Shown: positions 47,979-60,390, numbered from the stretch's first letter. The stretch: DNA of 64,000 bases from Blepharisma stoltei ATCC 30299 (GCA_965603825.1 CBFDEM010000003.1:124001-188000); one strand, 5' to 3'. Program-made: numbers and translations. The notes: a model not told the origin generated them from the sequence alone.

Positions 47979-48599
47979 ATGATTAATGATAGCTATGAGC
48001 CCCGCGATGTCATTGAATACTGTCTCCTCACAAACTGAACAAAAACAAAACCGGATCATCTTAATTTCGATTCCAAAAATCTTAAGGAATGCATGATATA
48101 TCTCAAAACCTCAAAATTTCGTAAATCCATAGCTCTATCCCTTAATAAATGATACATAGATGACCCAAATTTATTATCCCAGCTCTCTATTTCCAAAACT
48201 TTATTTGACCTATTAACTGAAGAATCCAATGATACAAATGATGACAAAAAATACCTTTGCTTTATATGTGGGGATAAGACTTTTTTCAATATCCTCTCTC
48301 ATTTAAAGCTCCAGCACAAAATGACAAAAGATCTAATAAAAGATTATTTTAAAATGTATAAAAATGACTATGAGGCTATAGGGTATAGTCTGGAGGCTTT
48401 TGATGATGCAACCCATGCAAGATGTGATATATGCAAAAAAAAATTTTTGAAGATTTATTATAAAAAACATCTTTATGTGCATTTCGATTTAAGGTTTGTG
48501 ATTTGTCCTATTTGTGGGAAATCAAGGTCGAAGTTTAATTTGAAGGGGCATATACAGAGAGCACATGTAAGGCCTGGAGGACTGATTAGGGATAGATAA
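47979..48599 (+). CDS. C2H2 zinc-finger protein (~206 aa)
   Basis: Frame extends upstream through TGA to ATG 47979; CFIC...HLKLQH, CDIC...HLYVH, CPIC...HIQRAH. Confidence 0.8.
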
Positions 48600-48676
48600 G
48601 CAGGATAAATTATTTATAGAGTTAGAATAATTTATTTAAGAGTAATAGCTAGAATTGTTAATAAAAAATCCAATAG

Positions 48677-51600
48677 TTAAGGGGGTCCTGTGACATCTAG
48701 TTTAATATTTCGTCCAATGCTATCTAGCATAAGACTATGTGTATCGATTTCTGTATTATGTCTTGCTTTAAGAGTTTGGCATTCTAATATATTAAAATTG
48801 CACTCCAATGTTTCTTTTGCATTTTCAATATTCAAAAAATTTTCCTTTGCCTTTATTTTATTAGAAATTTCATCTGCTTTTCCTTCGAAATGCCCCATTA
48901 TAGCTCCAGCAAGACCAATAATTCCAGTTACTGATCCTAATAAAGCACTCACAAAAAGTAGAAATGTGCTTTTTAAAGATCTCACTGTCAAAAGTCCAGT
49001 ATTTTCTAATTTCAATAATATAAGAAGCCTTAATGTCCTTCAAACAGTCAGCTTATCAACTCCTACGCTAGATCCAGGACTTGCATTTTCTCTTTTAGAA
49101 ATATAATACCCTGTTTGATTGTTTTTCCATCGGCTGGATTCAGAAATAAATAGCTACATAGCCATTACGCTTGAAGTCATTGAAAAATTGATAATTGTGG
49201 AGGTCAGACCAATAAAAACTTCTCCTGATACTGATGGAGATACATATATTTTATAAGAACTGATTTCGTCTGGAATTGAAGAATTTGTAGTCACATTAGC
49301 TGATATAAAACTTGCAAAAGAATTTGCTTCCCCAAGGTTATAATAAGCATAAGCACCTGATAATAGAGTGCATTGTGAACAAAATACAGAAATATGGCAA
49401 TGGCTGCCGATTAGTTGGCATGCAATTGAAGAAAATGTTCCTTTAATATTTGCTGGAACAAATGTTATATATTCGGTACACGAGGCATTATAGCCACAAT
49501 TCCCTCCATAATAATAAAATACTACTTCTATCCATAAATCACTTTTAATATGCCCAGCTTGCTCTTGTAAATTATTATATGGTATTAAACTTTGTGATTC
49601 TGAAATATTATCAAAAATCTGCGTAAGAATTGATATAATAATTAAAAATCCAGCTCCTAACACAGCAAATAACGAAAACAAGCCTCCAATTTTGGTCTTT
49701 TTCATCCACATGGGCTGGTTATTTTCATTATGATCAGCACTATATAGATCAAATTTTTCAAGCATATTAAAGAATTGTCTTCATAGCGAAGCCAAAGCCA
49801 AAGTAATTATAACTGACACTGCAAACATAATTCCTAAAATTATTGTTCACTCGTCAACTATAGATGCATCGCTTTCAAAGGTAGATGGCTGAACTCAAGA
49901 GTCATTTAATGCATAATCATTGCTATAAAGCGATTTACTGCCCACTGGACAACTTATTCCATTTTTACAAATTGCGCATACAGAAGCGCCTTCTATATTT
50001 GAAAAAGTTCCAAGACTGCAAGGAATGCAAGCAGTGCTGGCATAAGACCCAGAAAATTTTGAGTAGGTTCCTGCAGGGCAGTTTTCACATTTTTCGGAGT
50101 CAAACTCTGCAGAAAACGAGCCTGCAGGACAAAGGTTGCATCCTGGTTTTGTAATAAATGTGCCTGGGCTACAATGATACTCAGAATCTTGCTTTTCAAA
50201 ACTGATTTTATATAGAGCTGAAGACTTTCACTTGTCTGCTATTAAAAAGTCTGAAGCAACCCCTCCTCCAAAAATATAAGCACTGTGCTTAAAATATCCT
50301 ATACCACTTCCATAGAAAGAATGATTCAAAGATCCAATTGATTTCAATTGAAGATTGGTTGTATTAACAAAGGTTATTGAACTAGGTGAATATATATTTT
50401 GATATTTGCCACCAATTATAATAAGTTCTTGAGGGATAGCGATAATTGAAGAAAAGCTAGCAGTGAGTGGCAGATAAGGAGAAAAATCATATACAATACT
50501 TCAAGAATTTGTAGAAAGAGAGTATCTAAATAAATATGGATTTTGTGTATTTCCTTCGAATTCTCCCATTAGTACATATAAAACATAATCTCCATACTCT
50601 GTTGACATAAAGCAGCTATGCCAAGTAATTGGAGGAATGATATAATTTGAAGAATCCATATGATATCATTTCAATCATATCAAATCGAAAATTCACAAAT
50701 CGTTTGTCAAGCCAACTTTGTTGATTCCTCCAAAAAGCATCATAACCGGATCTAATATATTTATACAAGCTCCTTTAGTAGGATCTGGTTGAGCTTCATC
50801 TTCAATATTAATTAAAACCCACGAATCTGAAACAAGGCTAAAAATATAAAAATCGCTTAGCAAGCCTGTGCTGTCTTCTCCTCCAAACATCATGAAGCCA
50901 TGACCAATAGAAATGCTCGCAAAGCTAGATCTAGGGGTTGGGGTGTCATAGGTATTTTTCAAGGATCATTTTCCTTTTTCTATGTCAAATAATCATAAAT
51001 CATTTAGCCTAATTTAAATTTACAATTCACCATTGTTTCCTTCTCCTCCAAATACAGCGAGATATGAATTAATGATGTGGACAGCTGATTTAGATCTGCA
51101 AGGAGGATAAATTCAGTGCTCTGTTTTTATCGTAAATGTGGGATTTTCTGCTGAAATATCGATTGATATGAGATCATTTGTGAAGGAAGAGCCACTAAAT
51201 TGAAATAGTGATGAGTTTATAAAAATATTGGAAGACTGCGTTCTTAAGCTTATATTATAATCGACTGTAAAAGATACATTTTCTCATTTTTTAAGTTCGT
51301 TTAAATCAATCATTCATATATCGTCAGATTTTTGATGGAAAAAATTAGTCCCAGGAAAAGCATATAAATAATTTTTATAAATAGCTACATGATGTCATGA
51401 TCTCCCATTAGGCATTTGATCGAATGCTAACTTGCTTCATGTATAAGTAGTAAGATTATATACATATAAAGCTTGGTCATAATTTGAAAATCAGGAATAT
51501 CCACCCCAGACATATAAAGCTCCATTATAAAAGTCCATTCCTGGTCCATTATATGAATATGGAGCATCCCCATAATTTGGCATTAAATAGCAATTCAAGC

Positions 51601-52159
51601 TTTTTTCTTCTATTCTAAATAGATTTTACAGGTACAAAGTGCTATAAAAATTGTTGTTGACATATGATCCATATATAGCGTAATAGTTTTCATTATTGGA
51701 CTTGAAACGGGTAAAAGCAGGTGAAAAACTGGCTTGCAATTTATCAGTTTGAAGTGTGAGTTGGCTTCACTATTTAAAAAATACAGCTAAAGTGGTTAAA
51801 TCAAAGCTTCACACATCAGAAGACGCTCCTGAAAGTGTTTTTCCACCTGCAATAATTACTTGATTGCTGGCTTCATTAAAAAATATAGCCGCCCCAATTC
51901 TTGGACCTGGAGTATTTGTATTAGATGGATAGAGCTCTTTTCATGTAGATGAATCCAGATTAAAGCTTCAAATATCATCATAGTAGACCCCTTCATCAGA
52001 AATCCCTGAAAATAAAATAATTCTATTTGAGTTCGAATCATAAATCATTGAGGAAAGCTTCCTCGGATTGGGAGGATTCCCTCATTCAGGAATTGTCTCT
52101 ATTTTTCAAGCTGTAATGCTTGAAATAAGAATAGTAGTAAGGATATAGAGGGAAATCAT
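48677..52159 (-). CDS. membrane protein: signal peptide, Kelch repeats, GCC2/GCC3-type Cys repeats, TM, Erv46/ERGIC-like 2-TM module (~1140 aa, four 15-nt introns)
   Basis: ATG 52159; one frame to TAA 48677 after reading TGA as Trp and removing four introns; many (F/A/W)GG...(N/S)D(L/V/I)W.F Kelch motifs; CSPGTF, CPAGSF, CPAGTY, CSLGTF repeats. Confidence 0.85.
49154..49168 (-). other. 15-nt intron (gtaatggctatgtag)
   Basis: In-frame TAG; the frame continues after removal. Confidence 0.85.
51009..51023 (-). other. 15-nt intron (gtaaatttaaattag)
   Basis: Contains in-frame TAA; removal gives the Kelch motif GELLNDLWLFD. Confidence 0.9.
51615..51629 (-). other. 15-nt intron (gtaaaatctatttag)
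   Basis: Contains in-frame TAA; the frame continues after removal. Confidence 0.85.
51770..51784 (-). other. 15-nt intron (gtattttttaaatag)
   Basis: In-frame TAG; removal gives DVWSFDLTTLAWSQL. Confidence 0.9.
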
Positions 52160-52211
52160 AAAAAAATTTCACCTATACAAATATTAATAAAAAAATTGAA
52201 ATAAACTACTT

Positions 52212-53150
52212 TTACTTATGAATTTCTTGAAAATTAGTATGTCCAGTAGTTTTGCAGTGCTCCAGTGCATCGCTTTCTCCTTTAAGCCCTTTATTGCACA
52301 CTCCACACATCAAATCGAAATTTGCAAGATCTGTGAACTGTCTTCTATTCCTCATATCATTTGCTAAAAATACCGCGCCTTGATAAGCTTCTTGATCATT
52401 TTGACTAAAACATGTTTCGTCTTGGTCTTCAGGTGAATCTTCGCTCCTATTCCTCACTAACACATCATAATGGATCCCATCATAAATCACATAAATCCTA
52501 TTATTATACCCTCCATCTTCCCCAAAAAGATCCACCCTAGCATTTTGTACAGACACAGCTGCAATTTCTACTTGATAATAATTAGACAAAATTGCAAGCT
52601 CAATAGCTCCTCCCCACGAATTCGGCTGTTTTATCCAATTAATATAGTCCTCAACTTGCTTTCCTAGCATGACTTCGTTGAAATTTACTGGGTCGCTTTC
52701 TACAAAAACTCCAATAATACTTCTAAGATACTCTCCCATATGTTTTTGTCTTCCTTCCATTGCATACCCTACTGAATTAAACAAACAAGAGTTATCAGCT
52801 GGGATAATTCTCCTTATCATTACTTTTCCATCTCTATTTGGAATTTGACTTTGTGGAGGAACCTGTGGCACAGGTTTATTTTCATTCTGTTTTGGTATTG
52901 GTTTAGGAGCTTCAGGCAAAGCTTCAATAATAAGTGTTTCGCCTGACGATATCCCAAGCTCAGAAATACTTATAGAATCATCAGCAGAAATTCCTTTTGG
53001 CGGGTATCCAGATTTAATTACTTGGCAATCAGGCATGATATTTGTAAGGGAATAGATTAAATGCTTCAATTCATCATATGTGGCTTGTGGAGAAACTGTT
53101 ATTGCTTTATTTCCTCCAGGGTATCTTAATCTAATAGCAAAATCTCCCAT
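52212..53150 (-). CDS. OTU1: OTU1/YOD1 deubiquitinase (UBX-like, OTU, C2H2)
   Basis: GYPPK, IPADNSCLF, WGGAIEL, YDGIHYD, CGVC...HCKTTGHTNF. Confidence 0.93.
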   Translation of the reverse strand: MGDFAIRLRYPGGNKAITVSPQATYDELKHLIYSLTNIMPDCQVIKSGYPPKGISADDSISISELGISSGETLIIEALPEAPKPIPKQNENKPVPQVPPQSQIPNRDGKVMIRRIIPADNSCLFNSVGYAMEGRQKHMGEYLRSIIGVFVESDPVNFNEVMLGKQVEDYINWIKQPNSWGGAIELAILSNYYQVEIAAVSVQNARVDLFGEDGGYNNRIYVIYDGIHYDVLVRNRSEDSPEDQDETCFSQNDQEAYQGAVFLANDMRNRRQFTDLANFDLMCGVCNKGLKGESDALEHCKTTGHTNFQEIHK

Positions 53151-53160
53151 ATATAAATTA

Positions 53161-54141
53161 TTAGATAGTGAATATTTTTAATGTCTGATCATATGAGCTT
53201 GTAACAATTGTCCTGTTATCTCTGGCTATTGCTGCAGAGGAGACTATTTGAGTATGACCAATTAAGCTTAATTGAGGAGTATTGCTAGCAGCATCCCATA
53301 CTCTTACTGAGCCATCTTGAGCAGTGCTGACATAGAATCTTTCGTTGCTAGAGATCTCGACATGCCTTACATAGTCCCAATGGTTTCTGTGATATGAAAT
53401 TTGGGTGAGGTTTCCATTATTTAATTCAAATTTTCGAACTGCATGGTCTTGGTGAGAGGATAAAAAGGTATTTCTTTGATTTCTGAAAAATCTTGCATTA
53501 TAAATAATAGCAGGAGGCACAAGGAATTCTTTTTCTTGTGGAAATACCCTCATATCATAATTAATAGTCTGATTAGCAATTGGTCTCCCTGATGGAAATT
53601 CATAAGCCTCAATCCCAGATTCAGCCGTTGTCGCAAGTAAAATTGAGTTATCAGGAGACAAAGCCACACTTCTAAAAGTCCCGCTTTGAGGAGTTGCGAA
53701 GTTTTTTGAAGGTGCTCTCATGTTTCTTAAGTCCCAGAGGAAAATATTTCTGTCTCTTCCACAAGAAAGAAGCTGGGAATCAGATATAAAAAGCACAAAA
53801 TAAACTTTGTGGGTATGATTTGTAGCTCTTGCGATGTTATTACGGTTGCTGATATCCCATAAGGCAACTGTTTGATCTGGAGAGCATGATGCGATTTGCC
53901 TTCCATTTGGGGATACGTCACAGCAAAATACTCCTTCTTGGTGAGCTAGAATGGAGGACAGCTCATTTTTTCTTGATAAATCCCAAATTTTTACAGTACC
54001 ATCGTGGGATGCAGAGATGATTTGAGGAGATGAAGCGTTTTCGTTGATTCTTACAAAGTCAACTGAGTCAGTGTGACCTTTAATTGTAGAGGAAGCTTGA
54101 TGCTCTGGAGGAATTTCGACGATTCTGAGTTCTGAGTCCAT
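53161..54141 (-). CDS. WD40-repeat protein
   Basis: Multiple GH...SASHDGTVKIWD-type repeats. Confidence 0.9.
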   Translation of the reverse strand: MDSELRIVEIPPEHQASSTIKGHTDSVDFVRINENASSPQIISASHDGTVKIWDLSRKNELSSILAHQEGVFCCDVSPNGRQIASCSPDQTVALWDISNRNNIARATNHTHKVYFVLFISDSQLLSCGRDRNIFLWDLRNMRAPSKNFATPQSGTFRSVALSPDNSILLATTAESGIEAYEFPSGRPIANQTINYDMRVFPQEKEFLVPPAIIYNARFFRNQRNTFLSSHQDHAVRKFELNNGNLTQISYHRNHWDYVRHVEISSNERFYVSTAQDGSVRVWDAASNTPQLSLIGHTQIVSSAAIARDNRTIVTSSYDQTLKIFTI

Positions 54142-54473
54142 TTATTATAAAGAAAATTAGGATTAAGCATATAAAATCCATTTATCGTAAAAAGAAATAA
54201 ATTGTGGATTAAATTTTAGATATGATCAAAATTTTTAATAATTTTAATAGTTTAAGAACTTGGCTTTGGATGCTTTTTATATGCAAAATATTTCCTTTTT
54301 TCTAGTTTTTATGAATGTTAACTGCCCTCCCCTTTTGATTCTATGAATTTCTATCATCTATGAATTTTAAATTTAGCAATTTTTTATTATCTTTTTATCA
54401 TATATCTATTCGTTTATTTATTTTAAATATTTCCTCAGCTTATATTCTATTTAAAAGATCCAAAAGATTATAT

Positions 54474-54917
54474 TTAAGTATTTCTTATAAGTTTTTGAAC
54501 ATATTCTCTCAGTTCCAGATCTTTATCACTAGTTTGAGGCTTCCTTAGTACAAGCTCTTCTAAGGACTCACCAAAATTGCTTCTTGCATTAATATCAGCT
54601 CCATGCTCAACTAGATATTTTACACATTGAAATTTCCCATGAAAAGCACACAGCAACAGCGGGGTATACCCAGATGAATCTCTTACGTTCACATTTCCAC
54701 GGTGTTTTTCCACAATGCATCTTAAAATTTCATCAGTTTGGCACAGACTCGCCCAAAAAATCAGACTTCAATTATTTTCAAATCCTTTAGGATTGTAAGG
54801 CAAAGGTGAATCTACGTTAAACCCTGAAGCCAAAAATTCATCAATTAAACCAATGGCAGTTTGAACATCATTGCATTGAATAGCCGCCTTTATGTTATCT
54901 GCTTTTTGAACGCTCAT
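54474..54917 (-). CDS. small ankyrin-repeat protein
   Basis: ATG 54917, reads through one TGA; GYTPLLLCAFHG...LVEHGADINAR. Confidence 0.8.
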
Positions 54918-55015
54918 TTTACTTTTATTTAATAAGTAGAATAATATATTTATGTCCTAAACTATCACAATTCTGATATTAATTTTGATGAATATTCAAA
55001 TTTAAACAAATGTAG

Positions 55016-56782
55016 ATGAGTATACTTAAAACTGATTATGTTAAAAATTGTAATATGGATTCAGCATGTGAAAGCACCACATCTGAAAGAAACATCAATG
55101 AATCTGAAATCATGAAGTATTTGATTGGATTTTCAGATGATGCAATTGAGTTTATCAAGGATGGACAAACTGAAGATGCCTTGGACGTTTTTATAAAATG
55201 CCAAGAGCTAATAGAATCAGTTATAAACCAAGGAGAAAATATTGATCCTGATATGATAATAACGATTTCACACAACATAGCGGTTTGCCATCAAAATCTA
55301 AACAATTATGAAAAATCTATAGAGTCTCTAGAAAGATCTCTCCCCAACAGAAATTCAATAAGAGTTCAAAATTCTACTGACCAATCTATTGAAATTCAAA
55401 TAGCCAGAAAAATATTTCGAGACGTTTATCAATGCAAAACCAATCTTAATTTATGAGCTACATCATCAAAACTAAAAAAGCATGAAGCTTCTTTACTTTA
55501 TGCAAGAAAATCAGTTGGAAATGTTTATGAAATTCTTCAAGACTGCTTTAAACTATGTACCAATTTTATATTAAGATATAAAAAATTGCAGACTTATAAT
55601 AAAGCTAAAGCTATTGTGATGAATTCCAATAATGTGACAGAAAATTATGTTGAAGAAAAATATAAAGAGGTTGTAGAAAGAAGCTTCCCAGTAGTCGATT
55701 ATTTAAATCAAATAATTTTGGAAAAACTTGGAAAAAAGCAGAAAGATGAGAGATTATTAAAATCAAATACGAGAGCAGTTGATGGGATACAAACCAATGG
55801 GGACGCAATATTTAATTTAACGATTGAAGAGCTGATTATGCTACGTCCTATCACTTATCATCAATTTAAAGCTCCTTCTAATTTTATTATAGAAATCTCA
55901 AAGCAAAGCTTATGCCAAAAAATCTGTTTACTTGCTATTTCATACTACAGCATTGCTACAGAGCTTTGGCATCTTAGAGAAAATTATGAAAATAAAATTT
56001 CTGAAGGAAAATCATGGCATTCAAAGTCCTTGGAAATCGCTGAAAAGCTAATCCCTTTCAATTCCCCAATTTTACGACATATAAAAGAAAGCTACTATGA
56101 ACGATATCCTCCGTCCTTGACCCAAAATATTTTTATTAAAAAAGTTAAAGATTTTTCCCAAACCAGAATGACTGATAAAGAAAAAAAATTAAAATCAGTC
56201 TATGGCAGATCTGCATCAGTAAAGCCTCATCAGACAAATTTTTTAAAAACAATAGATAAATTCCAGTCTAGAACGAAAACCCCTGCATTAGTTACAAAAC
56301 AAAACTCAATAAAATCTTCCAAATCGCCATCAAGAAATAAAAGAAAGTCAATTACAGATCGCGAAAAAAAAGATCATATAGTAACTAACTTCAATAAAAC
56401 AGCAAGAAATCTTAAGGGAATAAAAGAGTTAGGAAGCTCAGAAAATAAAGCTTCTAATAAATCTACGACTAACCTTATAAAAACTATGAAAATTGTCCAT
56501 ATTTCTGATGATTCAAGTGCAAATTCAGAGTCATCTTTTGATGAAGATTATTTCCGAGAAAATTTTGTGCTTACTTCTAATGACTTATATGGAGTTTTTT
56601 CAGATGAAGAAACTAATAATGAAAATAAAAAGAAAAACTTAAGCAAACAGAGACTGAGGAAAAAAAACACAGAAACATCTGAGACAAGCAATGAAAATGA
56701 GGTCATGCCAGCTTTAAGACTGATAAACCCTGATAAAGTGAGCGCTATGTCAAGTTCAGGTTTCCGTGGACTTGTGCATTAA
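55016..56782 (+). CDS. TPR-like helical N-terminus plus low-complexity tail
   Basis: Two ORFs join via TGA at 55454; TISHNIAVCHQ...YEKSIESLE is TPR-like. Confidence 0.7.
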
Positions 56783-56810
56783 TCTAATTTTATCGTAAAA
56801 TGTCTATTAT

Positions 56811-59800
56811 TTAAAGTGTGTGCTTAAAACCCAGTTTAATATTCATAGCTGCTAGCTCGTTTGATAAATATCTTAATACGTATGGTAACGCGACCTTTAC
56901 ACCTTCTCCTTGGCATGCGTGGCAAACTGCTTTTTCTTTTCCTTTTACTAAATAGCAGCCTAAAATGCTTCCACATTTTTTACATAAATATCCTTCACTG
57001 TAATCACTACATTTCATGAGTCTATCGTATAGTAAAAATGAAGCCCCATGGCCAAGTAAAGAGTCTCTTTCCATTTCTCCCAGTCTGATTCCTCCATGTC
57101 GTTTTCTACCTTTGACAGGTTGATGTGTTAAAATATCAACAGGCCCTGTAGATCTAGCTTGATACTTGTCAGCAACCATATGACGAAGTCTTTGATAATA
57201 CACGACTCCTAAAAATATTTCCGCCTTCATCTCAGTGCCAAATATCCCTGAATACATAGTTTCGCTTCCATAATAGCTATACCCTGCTTCTAGTAGCTGT
57301 TTTCCAAAATAGTCTACCTTATCTTTTTCTTGAAAAGGTGCTGCTTCTTGGAATTCTCCTTTAATAGCTCCCACTTTTCCTGCCATAGACTCAATAAGCA
57401 TTCCAATAGTCATACGAGATGGAAATGCATGTGGGTTAATAATAACATCAGGTGTTAAGCCTTCTTCAGTAAATGGCATGTCTTCTTGTGGCCACAAAAC
57501 TGAAAGGACTCCTTTCTGTCCATGCCTTGAGCTGAATTTGTCCCCAATAATAGGGTTTCTTTGAAAACGGTACTTGAAATTGACTTTGAATTCCCTTGTG
57601 TCGGTTCCGATGATTTTAATATCGTCATATGTAGATTTTTCCATATCTTTGTAAGAAAAAGTTTTGTTGGAACTGGTAACTCCGTTAAAGAGCAGCAGCT
57701 CAGGCTGTTGGGAAATCCCATTTTGGCCTACAAAAGGAAGACCATCAGTGTCAAGGCCTTTTTCGGTCGCTTCTTTTTTGGCTGCTTCAGACTGGATCCA
57801 TGAGAAGTTTTCTTTTTTTGTGGTGTTGAGATCTCTTATATTAGCTTTGTAGACAATCCCATGGCCAAATCCTCTTTCATATGCTGATTTGTTAACAATC
57901 ATAGCATCTTCCATATCGTAGCCTGTATAAGAAATGACAGCAACTACTGCATTGGTACCTGATGGGTATTTTTCAAACCCGTTTCTGCGGACTTGTCGAC
58001 ATTTTGAGGAGACAAGGGGCTTTTGAGGCATCGTGAGTCGATAAAGTTTGTTATCATTTCTGAATTGATAATTGTATAAGGGAGTTCCCATTGTTTGTTT
58101 AGCCATTTGGCATTGATACATATTACGTGGAGACTGATTGTGGTCAGAAAAAGGAGTTGTGCAAGCCAAAATGCTTAGCATGTTCAGTGGCGAAAATTCT
58201 TCATGACTTGTCTCAGGTTTTCTATCCTTAGGAAGACATGCTATTGACAAGTTTAATTGCTCTAAAGGCCCAATCCAATCTTTTTCTCCTGTTTCTATAT
58301 GTCTTACAGGCCTAACCAACCTCCCCTGTGTAGTCGCCAAGAAAATCCCCAAAAATAACGGTTTCCTTGATAAATACGCAATTTCCATAGTTCTCGGAAT
58401 AGTCTCTCTAATTTTTTCCAGCCTCAATTTCTTCTCAAATTCTTCTGGCTCATTAGTATATCCAATAATACACCCATCAAGCATGACAGGTATATATTCC
58501 ACAGGAAAAATTGTGATTTCTTCTCTAGACATGAGTCTCATACCTAGCGAATGGCACACGTCAATTACTTCTTTTTTATTAAATTCTAGATTTTTTGAGA
58601 CAGGCACACATGTAGACGAAAGATGGTTTAAAAGCCCACAAGGCGCACCATCAGGTGTATGAACTGGGCATAAAAATCCCCATGACTCTGGCAGCAATTT
58701 TCTGACACTTGAAATTTTCATTTCTATGAAATAAGAACCTCTATGGACACTTTGGAAGTGGGAAAGGTATCGAGCATAATTGATTTTTTCTGCAATAATA
58801 GTAAAACCTGCAGCTTGCATTAGATCAAGGCCAGTTCTGCTTATCAAATTTCCTGTAGCTAAGAAATATTCAAGCTTTTTCCCAATATTAGCATGCTGTT
58901 CAAGGATTTTTTGGATATAAGTTTTATCACGGATTTTAATCCCTTGCTTAGGAGCTTCTTTTAAAATTCTGACTTTAACAGATTCGAGGGTGTTTTCAAG
59001 GTTTTCCTTCATAATGTTCAAATAAAGATGCCCTGGCAGTAAAAATTCTTGTGAGCTCAAAACATCAGCGCTTTCTGGTGAAATTTCATTTTCGGCTAGA
59101 GCATATAGCTTTTCAATCATGAGGACTAGCAAATTGAACTTATCGTTATCATTATCAGTATGCACGAATACATGCTCTCTCAATACAAGTTCTCCTACCT
59201 GCTCATCTGCCATATAGCTTGGAGGATTCATAATTTTCCTTACTCTTGAGCCAAGATACTTCAATGCTGACTCTCTTGTAAAAATTGCAAGCTTTGCTGC
59301 TGTTCTTATAAGCACTTCAACTCTGCTATAAGTTTGGTTTGATGAATAAGACCCTCTTACTAGTCTATTATATAGATCTAGATCAGTGATATCTTTTAAG
59401 CATTTCAAAATGATAATTGCTGGAATAAACACTTCCCCTCTTCTTAATATAAACCTCACATTGCAATCTCCATCAGTCAAATAATGCACAGTGACTGACT
59501 GTGTGAATAAATCATCTCTAACGCAGCGAATCACCACAGCAAATTGTGTATACATCTTCCCACGATTTGTAAAAGCTCCTCTGACAATTGCGAGTGGGTA
59601 GTTTTGCTTTTGGATGATAAGAAGTCTGATGATTTTTTCGACTCCGTTTACTATGAAATAGCCACCAAGTTCTTGAATGTCTTCGCCTAATTTGATTAAT
59701 TCTTCTTGGTTCATTTTGGAGAGGTGGCAGAACTCGGATTTGACCATAACTGGGACATTTCCAAGGTTAACTTTGAATCTGTCAATTGATAAATTGTCGA

Positions 59801-60107
59801 TTTGCCAAGCTACTTGAGCTACTAAAGGTGCAGCGTAGCTGGAGTCACTTAGACGGCATTCTGTTGGGAATAGTCTTGGCTCTTTTTGAATTCCTTCTGT
59901 TGGAGGTGCTTTGTAAGGACGTCCTAAATGTAAATTCTCAAACCAAATCTTGCAGACTCTCATTCCGACATCTGAATTTTCAGGAAATTCAATTTCACAT
60001 GGAAGCAACCTTTCGCATAGATGCAAGAGTCCTTCTGTCATAGCATAATCAAAAGAATCAATATGAGTCTGAGTTATGTCTTGAGCACTCCTTCCATGCT
60101 TTCTCAT
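56811..60107 (-). CDS. RPA2: RNA polymerase I second-largest subunit
   Basis: HIDSFD, GGYFIVNG, VHRGSYF, LLPESWGFLCPVHTPDGAPCGLLNHL, NQSPRNMYQCQM, GDKFSSRHGQKG, YYQRLRHMV. Confidence 0.97.
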   Translation of the reverse strand: MRKHGRSAQDITQTHIDSFDYAMTEGLLHLCERLLPCEIEFPENSDVGMRVCKIWFENLHLGRPYKAPPTEGIQKEPRLFPTECRLSDSSYAAPLVAQVAWQIDNLSIDRFKVNLGNVPVMVKSEFCHLSKMNQEELIKLGEDIQELGGYFIVNGVEKIIRLLIIQKQNYPLAIVRGAFTNRGKMYTQFAVVIRCVRDDLFTQSVTVHYLTDGDCNVRFILRRGEVFIPAIIILKCLKDITDLDLYNRLVRGSYSSNQTYSRVEVLIRTAAKLAIFTRESALKYLGSRVRKIMNPPSYMADEQVGELVLREHVFVHTDNDNDKFNLLVLMIEKLYALAENEISPESADVLSSQEFLLPGHLYLNIMKENLENTLESVKVRILKEAPKQGIKIRDKTYIQKILEQHANIGKKLEYFLATGNLISRTGLDLMQAAGFTIIAEKINYARYLSHFQSVHRGSYFIEMKISSVRKLLPESWGFLCPVHTPDGAPCGLLNHLSSTCVPVSKNLEFNKKEVIDVCHSLGMRLMSREEITIFPVEYIPVMLDGCIIGYTNEPEEFEKKLRLEKIRETIPRTMEIAYLSRKPLFLGIFLATTQGRLVRPVRHIETGEKDWIGPLEQLNLSIACLPKDRKPETSHEEFSPLNMLSILACTTPFSDHNQSPRNMYQCQMAKQTMGTPLYNYQFRNDNKLYRLTMPQKPLVSSKCRQVRRNGFEKYPSGTNAVVAVISYTGYDMEDAMIVNKSAYERGFGHGIVYKANIRDLNTTKKENFSWIQSEAAKKEATEKGLDTDGLPFVGQNGISQQPELLLFNGVTSSNKTFSYKDMEKSTYDDIKIIGTDTREFKVNFKYRFQRNPIIGDKFSSRHGQKGVLSVLWPQEDMPFTEEGLTPDVIINPHAFPSRMTIGMLIESMAGKVGAIKGEFQEAAPFQEKDKVDYFGKQLLEAGYSYYGSETMYSGIFGTEMKAEIFLGVVYYQRLRHMVADKYQARSTGPVDILTHQPVKGRKRHGGIRLGEMERDSLLGHGASFLLYDRLMKCSDYSEGYLCKKCGSILGCYLVKGKEKAVCHACQGEGVKVALPYVLRYLSNELAAMNIKLGFKHTL

Positions 60108-60390
60108 GGGTTATAATAAAAGATGGTGCTAAAGTGCATTATCATGCAGTCAATAGATTAAAAAATGATTGAAAATATTATCTATGAGCTAACTTTCATT
60201 TTTTCAAATAAAGAACTTTATATCTTATAAAGAAAAAATGCTAACTGATTTATTTTTGAAGTTTTCACTTATTTGCTTTGATTAATAAATTATTAGCCTA
60301 GAATAAATTTCTTAAGTCTTTGCTTAGCCAGAAATTATGGCATTTAAACATTTGCCAATATATTTAAAATCTTGTTTAGTTTCATAATTT

